A stretch of 64,000 nt of DNA from Candidatus Dojkabacteria bacterium (GTDB lineage: Bacteria; Patescibacteriota; Dojkabacteria; JAFGLO01), in assembly GCA_016927995.1 (NCBI GenBank), contig JAFGLO010000008.1, forward strand, positions 2,074-66,073, written 5' to 3'. Shown one piece after another: positions 39,653-48,255 of this stretch. How positions within the stretch are numbered: position 1 is the stretch's first letter; each line of letters begins with the position of its first letter. The translations under genes were made by a program, and so were the position numbers. The notes under the pieces are model-generated. The model made no database searches. It was not told the DNA's origin and saw only the letters and a program-made list of their open reading frames with translations.

Positions 39653-41395
39653 TTAGGGGTTAGATGGGATTTCTTGTACCTTTGGGGAAACTTCGATTTT
39701 TGAAAAAAGTGGAGAAATATTGTTTTCAATTTTTATTGTAGGGTTAAACTCATCCGAATATTCCCATAGAAGTTTTCCGATCTTAGGTGTAATTTCATCT
39801 ATCATAAGATATTTTGAAATGACTTGGGAGGTGTTGGTTATAAATGGATAAAAAAGTCGTCTTAGATTGGCAATTAATACAAGGCAGTTGGATAGGATTG
39901 CTTGTGCTTTTTGTGATTCTGTTTTAACAACTTCCCAGACTTTACTTTGGTCGAAATACTGGTTTGCAAAATCGACAAGTGCCATAATTTCGGAAAGTGC
40001 AGCGGCTTGCTTACTGTTACCTAGAAGTGCTGCCGTATTTTCGAAGGTGTTTTGGATTTTTGATTTGACCTCCAATGGAATGAGTCCTTTATGTATGTTT
40101 CCTTCGAACTTTGAATTGATAAACGTTAATGTTCTGTGAACAAAGTTACCAAATTTTGCTGAAAGCTCGTTATTGACGGTTGCCTCGAAATCGGTCCATG
40201 TAAAATTACCTTGTTTGTTCTCGGGGGAATTTCTTAGAAGGTAAAAGCGGACAGGGTCTACGCCGTAGTTATCTGCTATTTCAGCAGAATCAATTATCCA
40301 GTTTCGACTTTTGCTAAATTTCTTGCCTTCATAGTTTAAAAATTTGTTAACTACTACCGCATTTGGAAGAGTATAGTTCCTTTTTGATCCAATAAGAATT
40401 CCGGGCCACAAGATCGTATGAAAGACTAAATTATCTTGACCCATAAAGTAGTAATGCCTTGAGTTGTTGTTAAACCACCAATCTTCCCATTTTGTTGCTT
40501 GGCCTTTTTGCATTTGAAAGATGATCTCACCTGATTGATCATTGTTTTCTATACGTTTTGACCACTCTATGCTTCCGCTTAAATAACCGATTACTGCATC
40601 GAACCATACGTAAAATCGTTTGCCTTTAAAGGAAGATAATCTTTTTTCTTTTGGAATTTTTTCCTCAGGAATGGGTACACCCCAATCAAGATCTCTTGTT
40701 ATTGCGCGTTTTTGCAGGCCCTCCTTGATCCAACCTATTGCCTCTGCGTATACCCAGGTACGCAAGTTTTCTTTGTTTTTGTCTAGATTTTCTTTTATTT
40801 CCTTTGACAGTTTTGAAAGATCCAGAAAATATTGCTCGCTCTCCTTGAGGGTTACAGGTGATTTTGAGATTTTGCTTACAGGATCTATAAGCTCGCCTTG
40901 ATCAAGCATCCGACCACAAGCCTCGCATTGGTCGCTTCGCTGTTCCTTTGCGTGACAATGTGGGCACTCGCCTTCTATGTACCTGTCAGGCAAAAACTTG
41001 TCATCGGCTTTGGAATAGTATTGGAGGGATGTTCCCTTCTCTATATAGTTGTTTTCTAAAAGGTCTAAAAATAGTTGTTGTGTAACTTCTGCGTGATTTG
41101 GTGTTGTTGTCTGAGTATATAGATTGTATGATAATCCGTACTGCTTAAACAATGCTACGTCTTTGGGGTGATATTCGGCCACTACTTCGGCGGGTGTTTT
41201 ATCTTCTTTGTCTGCTTGGACTGTTATCGGGGTGCCATGGCAGTCCGAACCGGATATCATTAGAACGTCATCACCACAAAGTTTGTGGTACTTGGCTTGT
41301 ACGTCGGCAGGTAATAGGTAACCGGCCAGGTGACCTACATGCAGATCACCGTTTACGTATGGCCAAGCCACCCCTATGTAAATTTTCTTATTCAT
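39653..41395 (-). CDS. metG: Methionine--tRNA ligase
   Basis: AWPYVNGDLHVGH (HIGH-like), Zn knuckle CPHC...CEAC, YVWFDA and KFSKS. Start moved to ATG at 41395. Confidence 0.96.
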   Translation of the reverse strand: MNKKIYIGVAWPYVNGDLHVGHLAGYLLPADVQAKYHKLCGDDVLMISGSDCHGTPITVQADKEDKTPAEVVAEYHPKDVALFKQYGLSYNLYTQTTTPNHAEVTQQLFLDLLENNYIEKGTSLQYYSKADDKFLPDRYIEGECPHCHAKEQRSDQCEACGRMLDQGELIDPVSKISKSPVTLKESEQYFLDLSKLSKEIKENLDKNKENLRTWVYAEAIGWIKEGLQKRAITRDLDWGVPIPEEKIPKEKRLSSFKGKRFYVWFDAVIGYLSGSIEWSKRIENNDQSGEIIFQMQKGQATKWEDWWFNNNSRHYYFMGQDNLVFHTILWPGILIGSKRNYTLPNAVVVNKFLNYEGKKFSKSRNWIIDSAEIADNYGVDPVRFYLLRNSPENKQGNFTWTDFEATVNNELSAKFGNFVHRTLTFINSKFEGNIHKGLIPLEVKSKIQNTFENTAALLGNSKQAAALSEIMALVDFANQYFDQSKVWEVVKTESQKAQAILSNCLVLIANLRRLFYPFITNTSQVISKYLMIDEITPKIGKLLWEYSDEFNPTIKIENNISPLFSKIEVSPKVQEIPSNP

Positions 41396-41415
41396 GTGAA
41401 TATTATACGTTTTCC

Positions 41416-41733
41416 GTAGGGACAGGTCTAGACCGACACCCACAATTGTAAACATAGATGATATCTCAAATCAAGGATCCCCAACTGATGGTCTATACTT
41501 GGTGTAGGTGTTAGGTACTGCTTAATTTCCGGTGTTTACCGTATTGTGAATTAAAGGCTGATTTGGAAAGGCTATAACCTTTCGGGGCTATGGGGAACAA
41601 TGTTTTATACAGATTGAGTTAAGTTACAATGTGTAATTTTGTCGATCTTTATACACACCTACACACCCGTTTCGGGAATCGACCATCAGATAATGGTTCC
41701 CCGATATCAATGTCGGTCTAGACCTGTCCCTAC
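41416..41733. mobile_element. REPIN/MITE-like 318-bp foldback element with GTAG-type terminal inverted repeats
   Basis: Perfect 23-bp IR GTAGGGACAGGTCTAGACCGACA (41416-41438 / 41711-41733). Nested inner IRs TGATATC, CTGATGGTC and GTGTAGGTGT. No coding capacity. Confidence 0.75.
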
Positions 41734-41765
41734 ATGTTTTATGTTATGTGTTATATAATTGGCTT

Positions 41766-42710
41766 ATGAAAGAAAAAAGACCAAGACTAGCTGTCTACGA
41801 TGACAATAAATATGACTATTCAACGTATTGGCAAGGACGACAGTATGAACATCGGGCAGAAGTTTTAGCATTGACGTGCCTGCAAGCAGGGAAACCGAAG
41901 AAAGGATGGTTTATCGATGTAGGTGGATCATTTGGTCGGTTATACGATACTTATTCAGAAAAATACATGAACTCCGTTATAGTAGACTATTCAGTTGTTG
42001 CATTAAAGCAGGCGAAAGAACAGCTGGGAGACAAAGTATCACTAATAGCAGCCAATGTTTACAACCTTCCCTTTCGTAATTCAACCTTTCAGGGTGGTCA
42101 GATGATACGAGTACTTCACCACTTAGACAATCAGCCGGCTGCAGTAAAAGAGCTTGAGCGGATAATGAGCGCCGACAGCGAGTTTATCTTGGAATTTGCA
42201 AACAAGCGTCACCTGAAAAACAGAATCAAAGCCATTCGTAGTAAAGAGTTTGCAAACAGATTAAATGCCCCGGGACCATTTGTACCGGAATCCGATGGGG
42301 TTACCCAAGGTGTTAAGCCCGGTCAAAAGAGCATATTTCTAAACTACGATCTTCCTTTCATTAAAGAAACACTTTCTCATACTAAGTTTATAATTTCAGC
42401 GATTCGTGGAGTTTCAATACTTCGAAGTGATTTTATAAAAAGTCATCTTCCATTATGGCTTATGCTTATATTTGAGAGAGTATTCCAGTATATTTCCAGT
42501 ATATTTCTTTGGACACCTAGCGTATTTTTAAAACTTTTTAAAGGAACCGGCGATAATTATTATGAGGGGTCAAACATAAAAGAGATTCTTGTTTGTCCAA
42601 GGTGTAAAGGTGAATTGGAGTTCAAGGCAGAGTCGGTTCAATGTTTAGATTGCAAGCAGGTCTATAAGTTATGGGACGGAGTATGGGATTTTAGATGGCC
42701 CCAAAATTAA
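41766..42710 (+). CDS. Class I SAM-dependent methyltransferase with C-terminal Trm112-like Zn finger
   Basis: IDVGGSFG, NLPF and RVLHHL; C-terminal ILVCPRCKGEL...CLDCKQVY...DGVWDF. Confidence 0.85.
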   Translation: MKEKRPRLAVYDDNKYDYSTYWQGRQYEHRAEVLALTCLQAGKPKKGWFIDVGGSFGRLYDTYSEKYMNSVIVDYSVVALKQAKEQLGDKVSLIAANVYNLPFRNSTFQGGQMIRVLHHLDNQPAAVKELERIMSADSEFILEFANKRHLKNRIKAIRSKEFANRLNAPGPFVPESDGVTQGVKPGQKSIFLNYDLPFIKETLSHTKFIISAIRGVSILRSDFIKSHLPLWLMLIFERVFQYISSIFLWTPSVFLKLFKGTGDNYYEGSNIKEILVCPRCKGELEFKAESVQCLDCKQVYKLWDGVWDFRWPQN

Positions 42711-42714
42711 AACG

Positions 42715-43515
42715 ATGAGAACTAAAAAATCACTTGGCCAAAATTTTTTAAACGATACCAAGGTTATTTTTCGATTCATTGATGTACTTGCACCTACCCC
42801 AATCGACACGTTTATTGAGATTGGTCCGGGAAAAGGAGCTGTTACGTTTAGACTATTACCTCGCTGTAAAAAAGTTATTGCAATTGAAAAAGATGATTTA
42901 TTAGCGCAACGGCTGACAAATAAAGCTAACAGACAAAGCCTGTCTAATCTAACTATAATAAATAAAGACTATTTTTCCGCGGAAGAAGAGATAAGCCAGC
43001 TTGTAAATGATCCCGACAACACGTCTCTTTTATACATAAGCTCTCTTCCATACAATGTATCGAAGAAAATCCTGTTTTCCCTACTTTATGAGGAAAAGGG
43101 TTTTAAGAAAGGTGCCTTTATCATTCAAAAGGAGGTTGCCGAAGATTACTGTTCGGCGATACCTAATGCGGCCTTCTTAAGTCGTGTAGTCTCTCTTGTC
43201 GCAACCTGTGAATATATGTTTACAATTCCCAAGGAAAATTTCACACCAATGCCCAAGGTCACAAGCGCAGTAATAAAAATCACAAGAAAGGATCCGCTAA
43301 TAGATTCGGTTACGGAACAGATTGACTTTTTAAAATTTGTGCGAACCCTTTATCAGTTTAAGCGTAAGGTGATAAGAAATTCACTCAAAAAGATGTTTTC
43401 GACTACCGTAGCCGATGAGTTGATAAGTAAATTTAGATTGGAGAATAAGCGTGTTGAGGAAGTTGATTTAACAACTCTGGTTACCCTGTATAAAAAGTGT
43501 GGTAATTTGAATTAA
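42715..43515 (+). CDS. rsmA: 16S rRNA m6,2A dimethyltransferase KsgA/RsmA
   Basis: KKSLGQNFL, EIGPGKG, SSLPYNVS, QKEVA and FTPMPKVTSA. Confidence 0.93.
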   Translation: MRTKKSLGQNFLNDTKVIFRFIDVLAPTPIDTFIEIGPGKGAVTFRLLPRCKKVIAIEKDDLLAQRLTNKANRQSLSNLTIINKDYFSAEEEISQLVNDPDNTSLLYISSLPYNVSKKILFSLLYEEKGFKKGAFIIQKEVAEDYCSAIPNAAFLSRVVSLVATCEYMFTIPKENFTPMPKVTSAVIKITRKDPLIDSVTEQIDFLKFVRTLYQFKRKVIRNSLKKMFSTTVADELISKFRLENKRVEEVDLTTLVTLYKKCGNLN

Positions 43516-43536
43516 GTTGAAACAGTTAAATAATCA

Positions 43537-45324
43537 ATGGTCAATAGATTTAAAAAATATATAAAGGTATATCTGTTTTCATTTAAGAAGCTCCTTAAAT
43601 ACGGAAAGGCTTCACCTGTAATTTTTTTCTTTTGTAACATTGTTCAGATTGCAACGGAAGTCCTAGATACGTTTATTACGGGTTCGTTTGTTGCCTCACT
43701 TGTGGAGTTGGTTATTGAAGTTCCCAAAGTCTCTTTTGATAACTGGCAGGAGATACTCGGCTTTGTGTTAGGGACTAATGCGCTTAGATATGGTCTTATA
43801 AAAATCGCTTTAAGTTTGGTTAATAGAGTTAGAAATTACATTATAGAGGTAATTTCAGACAAATTTTATACCGATTCTTGGAAATTATTTAATATAGATT
43901 TGGCAGAAAAATTCTCCCGATTAAACCTAGAGGAGGTAGAATCAACCAATTTCCTTGATCTTTTAAACAAAGTTAGAAACAACTGGTATTATAAATTCGA
44001 CGAGTTCTATATAACAACAAGAGATCTTATCAGCTCTTTATTTGGATTTATAGCTACAGGCTTAATAATTTGGCAACATAACCCTACGTGGTTTTTTATA
44101 ATTCTTGCTTTTGTAATTCCTGAAGGCATTTTGTTAATAATACTTGCGGCAGTAGATCAAAAGAGAATAGATCAAGATACCGTTGATAACGTTATAAGTG
44201 ATTATTCATTAACAACGCTTTTGGATACAAGGTCTGTAGAAGAGAAGCGAGTTGACGGAATTTTTAAACTTTTCAAGCGAAAATACATTGATACAATGGA
44301 AAATATTGGGAGCCGATACTTGAAATTTGCCGGTAAAAGATCGTTCTTACGGCTTGTGTTTAACCTTTTCTCAATGGGGTGTTTGTTCTTTTATCAAATA
44401 AAAGTAATCGTTCAAACAATCACAGCAAGGCTATCTGTTTCCAACGGTATCTATCTGTTTGGGTTTCTTGATTATTTCTGGAATAAGGCAAACACATTAT
44501 TCTTACAGTTGGTTGGGTTTTTTACTTTAAATGGTTATCTCGAGTATTTTTATGATTTAGAAAATCTTCCAACAATGCATGAACAAAGCACTGGAAACAG
44601 AAAAATGCCAACCAAAAACTTGAGCCTTTCGCTAGTCGATTTTTCGTTTAATTATCCCAACTCCGACAAGGAGGTTTTACAAAGGGTTAATTTTAGTACC
44701 CAACCCAATGAAAAAATATTATTTCTTGGTAAAGATGGTTCGGGTAAAAGCTCAATTATAAAAGTTCTAACGGGATTGTATAAAATAAAGACCGGTGATA
44801 TTCAAATTAATGGGACGTCAATAAAAGACTTTGCACCCGGCGAGTTAAAGAATTCAATATCGGCTGTGTTTGATGACTTTGGCCGGTACTACTACTCTAT
44901 TAGAGACAATATAATGCTTGGTGATATCGGGAAACCCTTTAGTGTTCAAAAATATAAAAAGGCTTTGGAAGTAACGCTTTTGGATGAATGGATGGAGGAA
45001 AGCAATATTAGTGATCAGACACTGCTTGGGAAAATTAATGACGACGGTATCGAAATTCCTTCCGGTCATTGGCAAAGAATAGCATTGGCTCGGGCTGTAT
45101 ATGGTGACGGCGCGATTTTTCTTCTTGATGAGGCGTTTACCTATATCGACTCAGATACAAAGCGAAAGATAATGAGAAGACTTTCAGAGTATTGGAAAAA
45201 TAAGCTTGTGATTGTGATTGATGAAGATGATGGAATTTTAAAATACTTCGATAGGGTATTTCTTTTGTCGGGAGGTAAACTAAAAGAAATTACTAAGTCT
45301 ACCAAGTCTTCCATTTGGGGGTAA
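43537..45324 (+). CDS. ABC transporter fused permease/ATPase with degenerate motifs
   Basis: TM domain; GKDGSGKS, IPSGHWQRIALARA and LLDEAF. Confidence 0.85.
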   Translation: MVNRFKKYIKVYLFSFKKLLKYGKASPVIFFFCNIVQIATEVLDTFITGSFVASLVELVIEVPKVSFDNWQEILGFVLGTNALRYGLIKIALSLVNRVRNYIIEVISDKFYTDSWKLFNIDLAEKFSRLNLEEVESTNFLDLLNKVRNNWYYKFDEFYITTRDLISSLFGFIATGLIIWQHNPTWFFIILAFVIPEGILLIILAAVDQKRIDQDTVDNVISDYSLTTLLDTRSVEEKRVDGIFKLFKRKYIDTMENIGSRYLKFAGKRSFLRLVFNLFSMGCLFFYQIKVIVQTITARLSVSNGIYLFGFLDYFWNKANTLFLQLVGFFTLNGYLEYFYDLENLPTMHEQSTGNRKMPTKNLSLSLVDFSFNYPNSDKEVLQRVNFSTQPNEKILFLGKDGSGKSSIIKVLTGLYKIKTGDIQINGTSIKDFAPGELKNSISAVFDDFGRYYYSIRDNIMLGDIGKPFSVQKYKKALEVTLLDEWMEESNISDQTLLGKINDDGIEIPSGHWQRIALARAVYGDGAIFLLDEAFTYIDSDTKRKIMRRLSEYWKNKLVIVIDEDDGILKYFDRVFLLSGGKLKEITKSTKSSIWG

Positions 45325-45402
45325 TATACACTTGTGTCATTTGGTTGTTTTGGTATAATCGGTTAATGCCCAAGTTATCAATTAAGTTGTTTTATTTCCA
45401 AA

Positions 45403-45843
45403 ATGAGTGATTCTAACTACGTTGTCGTCAATGCAATCGATTTAAGGCAAAACATGGGTGATCTTGTTAATAGGGTATTTTATCAGGGACTAACTGTCTT
45501 TGTTAAACGTAGAGGTAAAGTGGTTGCTAAACTTATTGCTTCAGATAAGTCCGAGGTTCCCGATTCGGAAAAAGTGGATGTTCCCAGACCCGATAACGTT
45601 AGAGTTATTGAAGATTCACCTGTTTCCGAATCAAAAGATATCCCACAGGCGACCGTAGCAAGTGATGCCGTAACTGAATCCGGTGTGACCAATATTGACT
45701 CAAATACCCCGGAGAAAACAGATAACCCTACCCCTCCGCAAAACAGTACATCCGGAGACTCAAGTATATCCAATGACTCTTTACAGCAGTTAAAAGAGGA
45801 ATTAAAGCGAGCCGGATATGATCCAAGCTATATTAGACAGTAA
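45403..45843 (+). CDS. Phd/YefM-like N-terminal domain with disordered C-terminal tail
   Basis: VNAIDLRQNMGDLVNRV...VFVKRRGKVVAKLI. Confidence 0.7.
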   Translation: MSDSNYVVVNAIDLRQNMGDLVNRVFYQGLTVFVKRRGKVVAKLIASDKSEVPDSEKVDVPRPDNVRVIEDSPVSESKDIPQATVASDAVTESGVTNIDSNTPEKTDNPTPPQNSTSGDSSISNDSLQQLKEELKRAGYDPSYIRQ

Positions 45844-45920
45844 AACCCATAAGAGTAAAATCTAGGATAGATCGGACTTTGTCTTAAGAGTTGTCGGTTG
45901 GGGCCTTTTTTTCAATAGAT

Positions 45921-46469
45921 TTAATAAACCTTTAAGCTAAGAACTACGTTGACTGCATAGTTAATAGTTTCTTCTGCGTCCATTCTGAATCCAAGTGTTA
46001 TTACCTCGTTGGGGGCCAGTGTAACAACCGCAGGATAAATATTTTTGCCGGAATCGACAAGTACATAACTTGTGGATCCCATTGTGAGAGCAATTTCGAC
46101 TCCATTTGGAACCTGTTTAAGTTGTGGATCAATACGTACCTCTTTCCAATCCGATGATTGATTTGTGATTGTTATTACGTCGTCCCTTTTAAAGTGAACA
46201 AATGTGTCATCGGAGGAGATGTTAAGGTTGTAAGTATTTGTAATTGCATCATATGTCATTGCGTCTACGTTGCCATCCGAAATGGCAATTTCGAAATCTT
46301 TTCCTCGATATCTTTGTAGTCCCAATACCGATTTGTCATTAGAAGATTCGTCCGATGAAACAGGAGAAAGATTCGCTGTAATTAATGCAGGTGCTCCGAC
46401 TATGAGGACCAAAACCGGAATAGCAAGTAAACCAAGAATTGTTTGAGTAATCTCCTTTGTTTTTGTCAT
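45921..46469 (-). CDS. Membrane-anchored hypothetical protein
   Basis: N-terminal TM, SVLG motif and a beta-rich domain. Confidence 0.65.
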   Translation of the reverse strand: MTKTKEITQTILGLLAIPVLVLIVGAPALITANLSPVSSDESSNDKSVLGLQRYRGKDFEIAISDGNVDAMTYDAITNTYNLNISSDDTFVHFKRDDVITITNQSSDWKEVRIDPQLKQVPNGVEIALTMGSTSYVLVDSGKNIYPAVVTLAPNEVITLGFRMDAEETINYAVNVVLSLKVY

Positions 46470-46470
46470 A

Positions 46471-47013
46471 TTAATCTTTATAAAAATTAGTTTTTTCAGA
46501 GATCTCGTTTTCTACATCTCTGAATGCAAGCCAAGTGCAAAGTATTGCGGAAACAAAACCTGAAGCCAAAACATAAAGTGATAGTCTACCCGTGACAAAA
46601 TCAACAATTACAAGCACTTGTGCAATCCAATAATATAAAAGCCATACAAAAAGATTAACGTAAATATTGTAAGAGTCTCCTATGATCTCAAAAAAATTAA
46701 GCTCGGCAAGTTTTACAAGTGTTCGTGGAGCAGGATGTGTGTTGTGGAAAAAGTATGCTCTAATAAGTTGAATAGAAAGTCCGATTAGGAGTACTAGTAG
46801 CATTGTAACTGTTGATATATTATTGATTTTTGTTGCCTGTTCGGCGGTTTGATAGGTAATCTGAAGGGAAAATATTTTTTGTATTTCGTTTGTTATGCTA
46901 AAAGTATAGCCGAAGATACTATTTGCAATATATAATCCTCCGATTTTTCCAATTATCATAAATGCCGCCGGATATAAGGCTGCCGATAATGTGTTAACTG
47001 TTAATCTTTTCAT
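46471..47013 (-). CDS. Integral membrane protein (4 TM)
   Basis: Hydrophobic ORF; ATG at 47013 chosen as start. Confidence 0.65.
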   Translation of the reverse strand: MKRLTVNTLSAALYPAAFMIIGKIGGLYIANSIFGYTFSITNEIQKIFSLQITYQTAEQATKINNISTVTMLLVLLIGLSIQLIRAYFFHNTHPAPRTLVKLAELNFFEIIGDSYNIYVNLFVWLLYYWIAQVLVIVDFVTGRLSLYVLASGFVSAILCTWLAFRDVENEISEKTNFYKD

Positions 47014-47081
47014 GAAGTCAATAAAAAAACTATTCGAACTATATAACAAAAGTATAGCAAGTCTTTAAGGGAAGGACAAAT

Positions 47082-47387
47082 CTAAAAGATTCTTATGGTG
47101 GTAAGATTAGGGACACCTAAAACACTTCCAAATATATTCATTATTATAACTGAACCAAATGCAACAACGGTTCCGATTACCGCCCACAGGATAATGTTTC
47201 GAGCTTTTTGAACGTTTTGGGGGTTGCCTCCGGCAATTGCCCACATGAATCCGCCATATACAAACATTCCAAACAAAAGGATTCCAATAAGTGGCCAGAT
47301 AAAAGAGACAATCCTTGGTATAAAATCTAGAAGTTCCGCAAGACTCGTAACGTCAGCACTTACAATAGAAGAAAATCCAAGCTGCAT
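47082..47387 (-). CDS. TrbC/VirB2-like pilin (CPR type)
   Basis: Two TM helices around YGGFMWAIAGGNPQNVQKARNIILWAVIG. Confidence 0.8.
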   Translation of the reverse strand: MQLGFSSIVSADVTSLAELLDFIPRIVSFIWPLIGILLFGMFVYGGFMWAIAGGNPQNVQKARNIILWAVIGTVVAFGSVIIMNIFGSVLGVPNLTTIRIF

Positions 47388-47404
47388 TTTTGTCTTAGAT
47401 AGAA

Positions 47405-47752
47405 TTACCTAATAAATATTGCTACTGTCTCTTCTACGGCTTCTTGAAGGCTGGTTCCAGTAATTCCAAGTGCCTTTAGGATAAATCCAACCAAAAGCCA
47501 AGCAAGACCAACAATAACAAGTCCAACCAAAGCATAAATAATTGTGTTTTGAGCTTTTTCTGTTTTTTGAGAGTCACCTGTACTGGTAATATACATAACA
47601 CCACCATAGACAAGTACGGCAACAGCAACTAAAGCAGCTGCCAATGTTCCAATGTTTAGAAGACCGGATATGGCAAGGTCTAGAGTGGGAAATCTTGTGA
47701 AGTTAAGGTCTCCTGAAAGGGTTCCAATTAATACTAGGGGTAAGTTATTCAT
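47405..47752 (-). CDS. TrbC/VirB2-like pilin (CPR type)
   Basis: YGGVMYITSTGDSQKTEKAQNTIIYALVGL. Confidence 0.82.
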   Translation of the reverse strand: MNNLPLVLIGTLSGDLNFTRFPTLDLAISGLLNIGTLAAALVAVAVLVYGGVMYITSTGDSQKTEKAQNTIIYALVGLVIVGLAWLLVGFILKALGITGTSLQEAVEETVAIFIR

Positions 47753-47851
47753 TACACAATATGTTATGTTATATTACAAATCTATTATATATAAGACTCA
47801 TATATATTTCAAGTGGCTATTTTGGGTCGAACTGAATTTTCCGTAAACAGA

Positions 47852-48205
47852 TTATCGCCGGATAAGTGAGGCAACAATGTCTGACTCTACCTCGTTAAAA
47901 AGATCGCCTTCAATTCCTAGGACCTTAAGTATGAATTCCACAAGGAGCCAAGCAAGACCAACAATAACAAGTCCAACCAACGAATAAATAATTGTGTTTT
48001 GGGCTTTTTCTGTTTTTTGGGAGTCACCCGTGCTAATGATATAGGCAAGCCCGCCGTATATAAGCATAACAACAGCAACTAAAGCAGCCGCTAATGTTCC
48101 AAGTCGTAAGAGACTTTTTATGGCATCCTCAAGGGTATCAAACTTTGTGAAGTTAAGAGCACCTCCAAGGATTTGAGCCAACATTGCCTCTGCTGTTTTA
48201 TCCAT
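47852..48205 (-). CDS. TrbC/VirB2-like pilin (CPR type), close paralog of 47405-47752
   Basis: YGGLAYIISTGDSQKTEKAQNTIIYSLVGL. Confidence 0.82.
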   Translation of the reverse strand: MDKTAEAMLAQILGGALNFTKFDTLEDAIKSLLRLGTLAAALVAVVMLIYGGLAYIISTGDSQKTEKAQNTIIYSLVGLVIVGLAWLLVEFILKVLGIEGDLFNEVESDIVASLIRR

Positions 48206-48255
48206 TACTTATATGTTTACATTATGCCATATTATATGGTAATTATAACTCGAAA

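Noticed and set aside
41396-41455. N-terminal extension of MetG in the ORF track
   Set aside because: It runs into the REP inverted repeat; ATG at 41395, with a -10 box 6 nt upstream, fits better.
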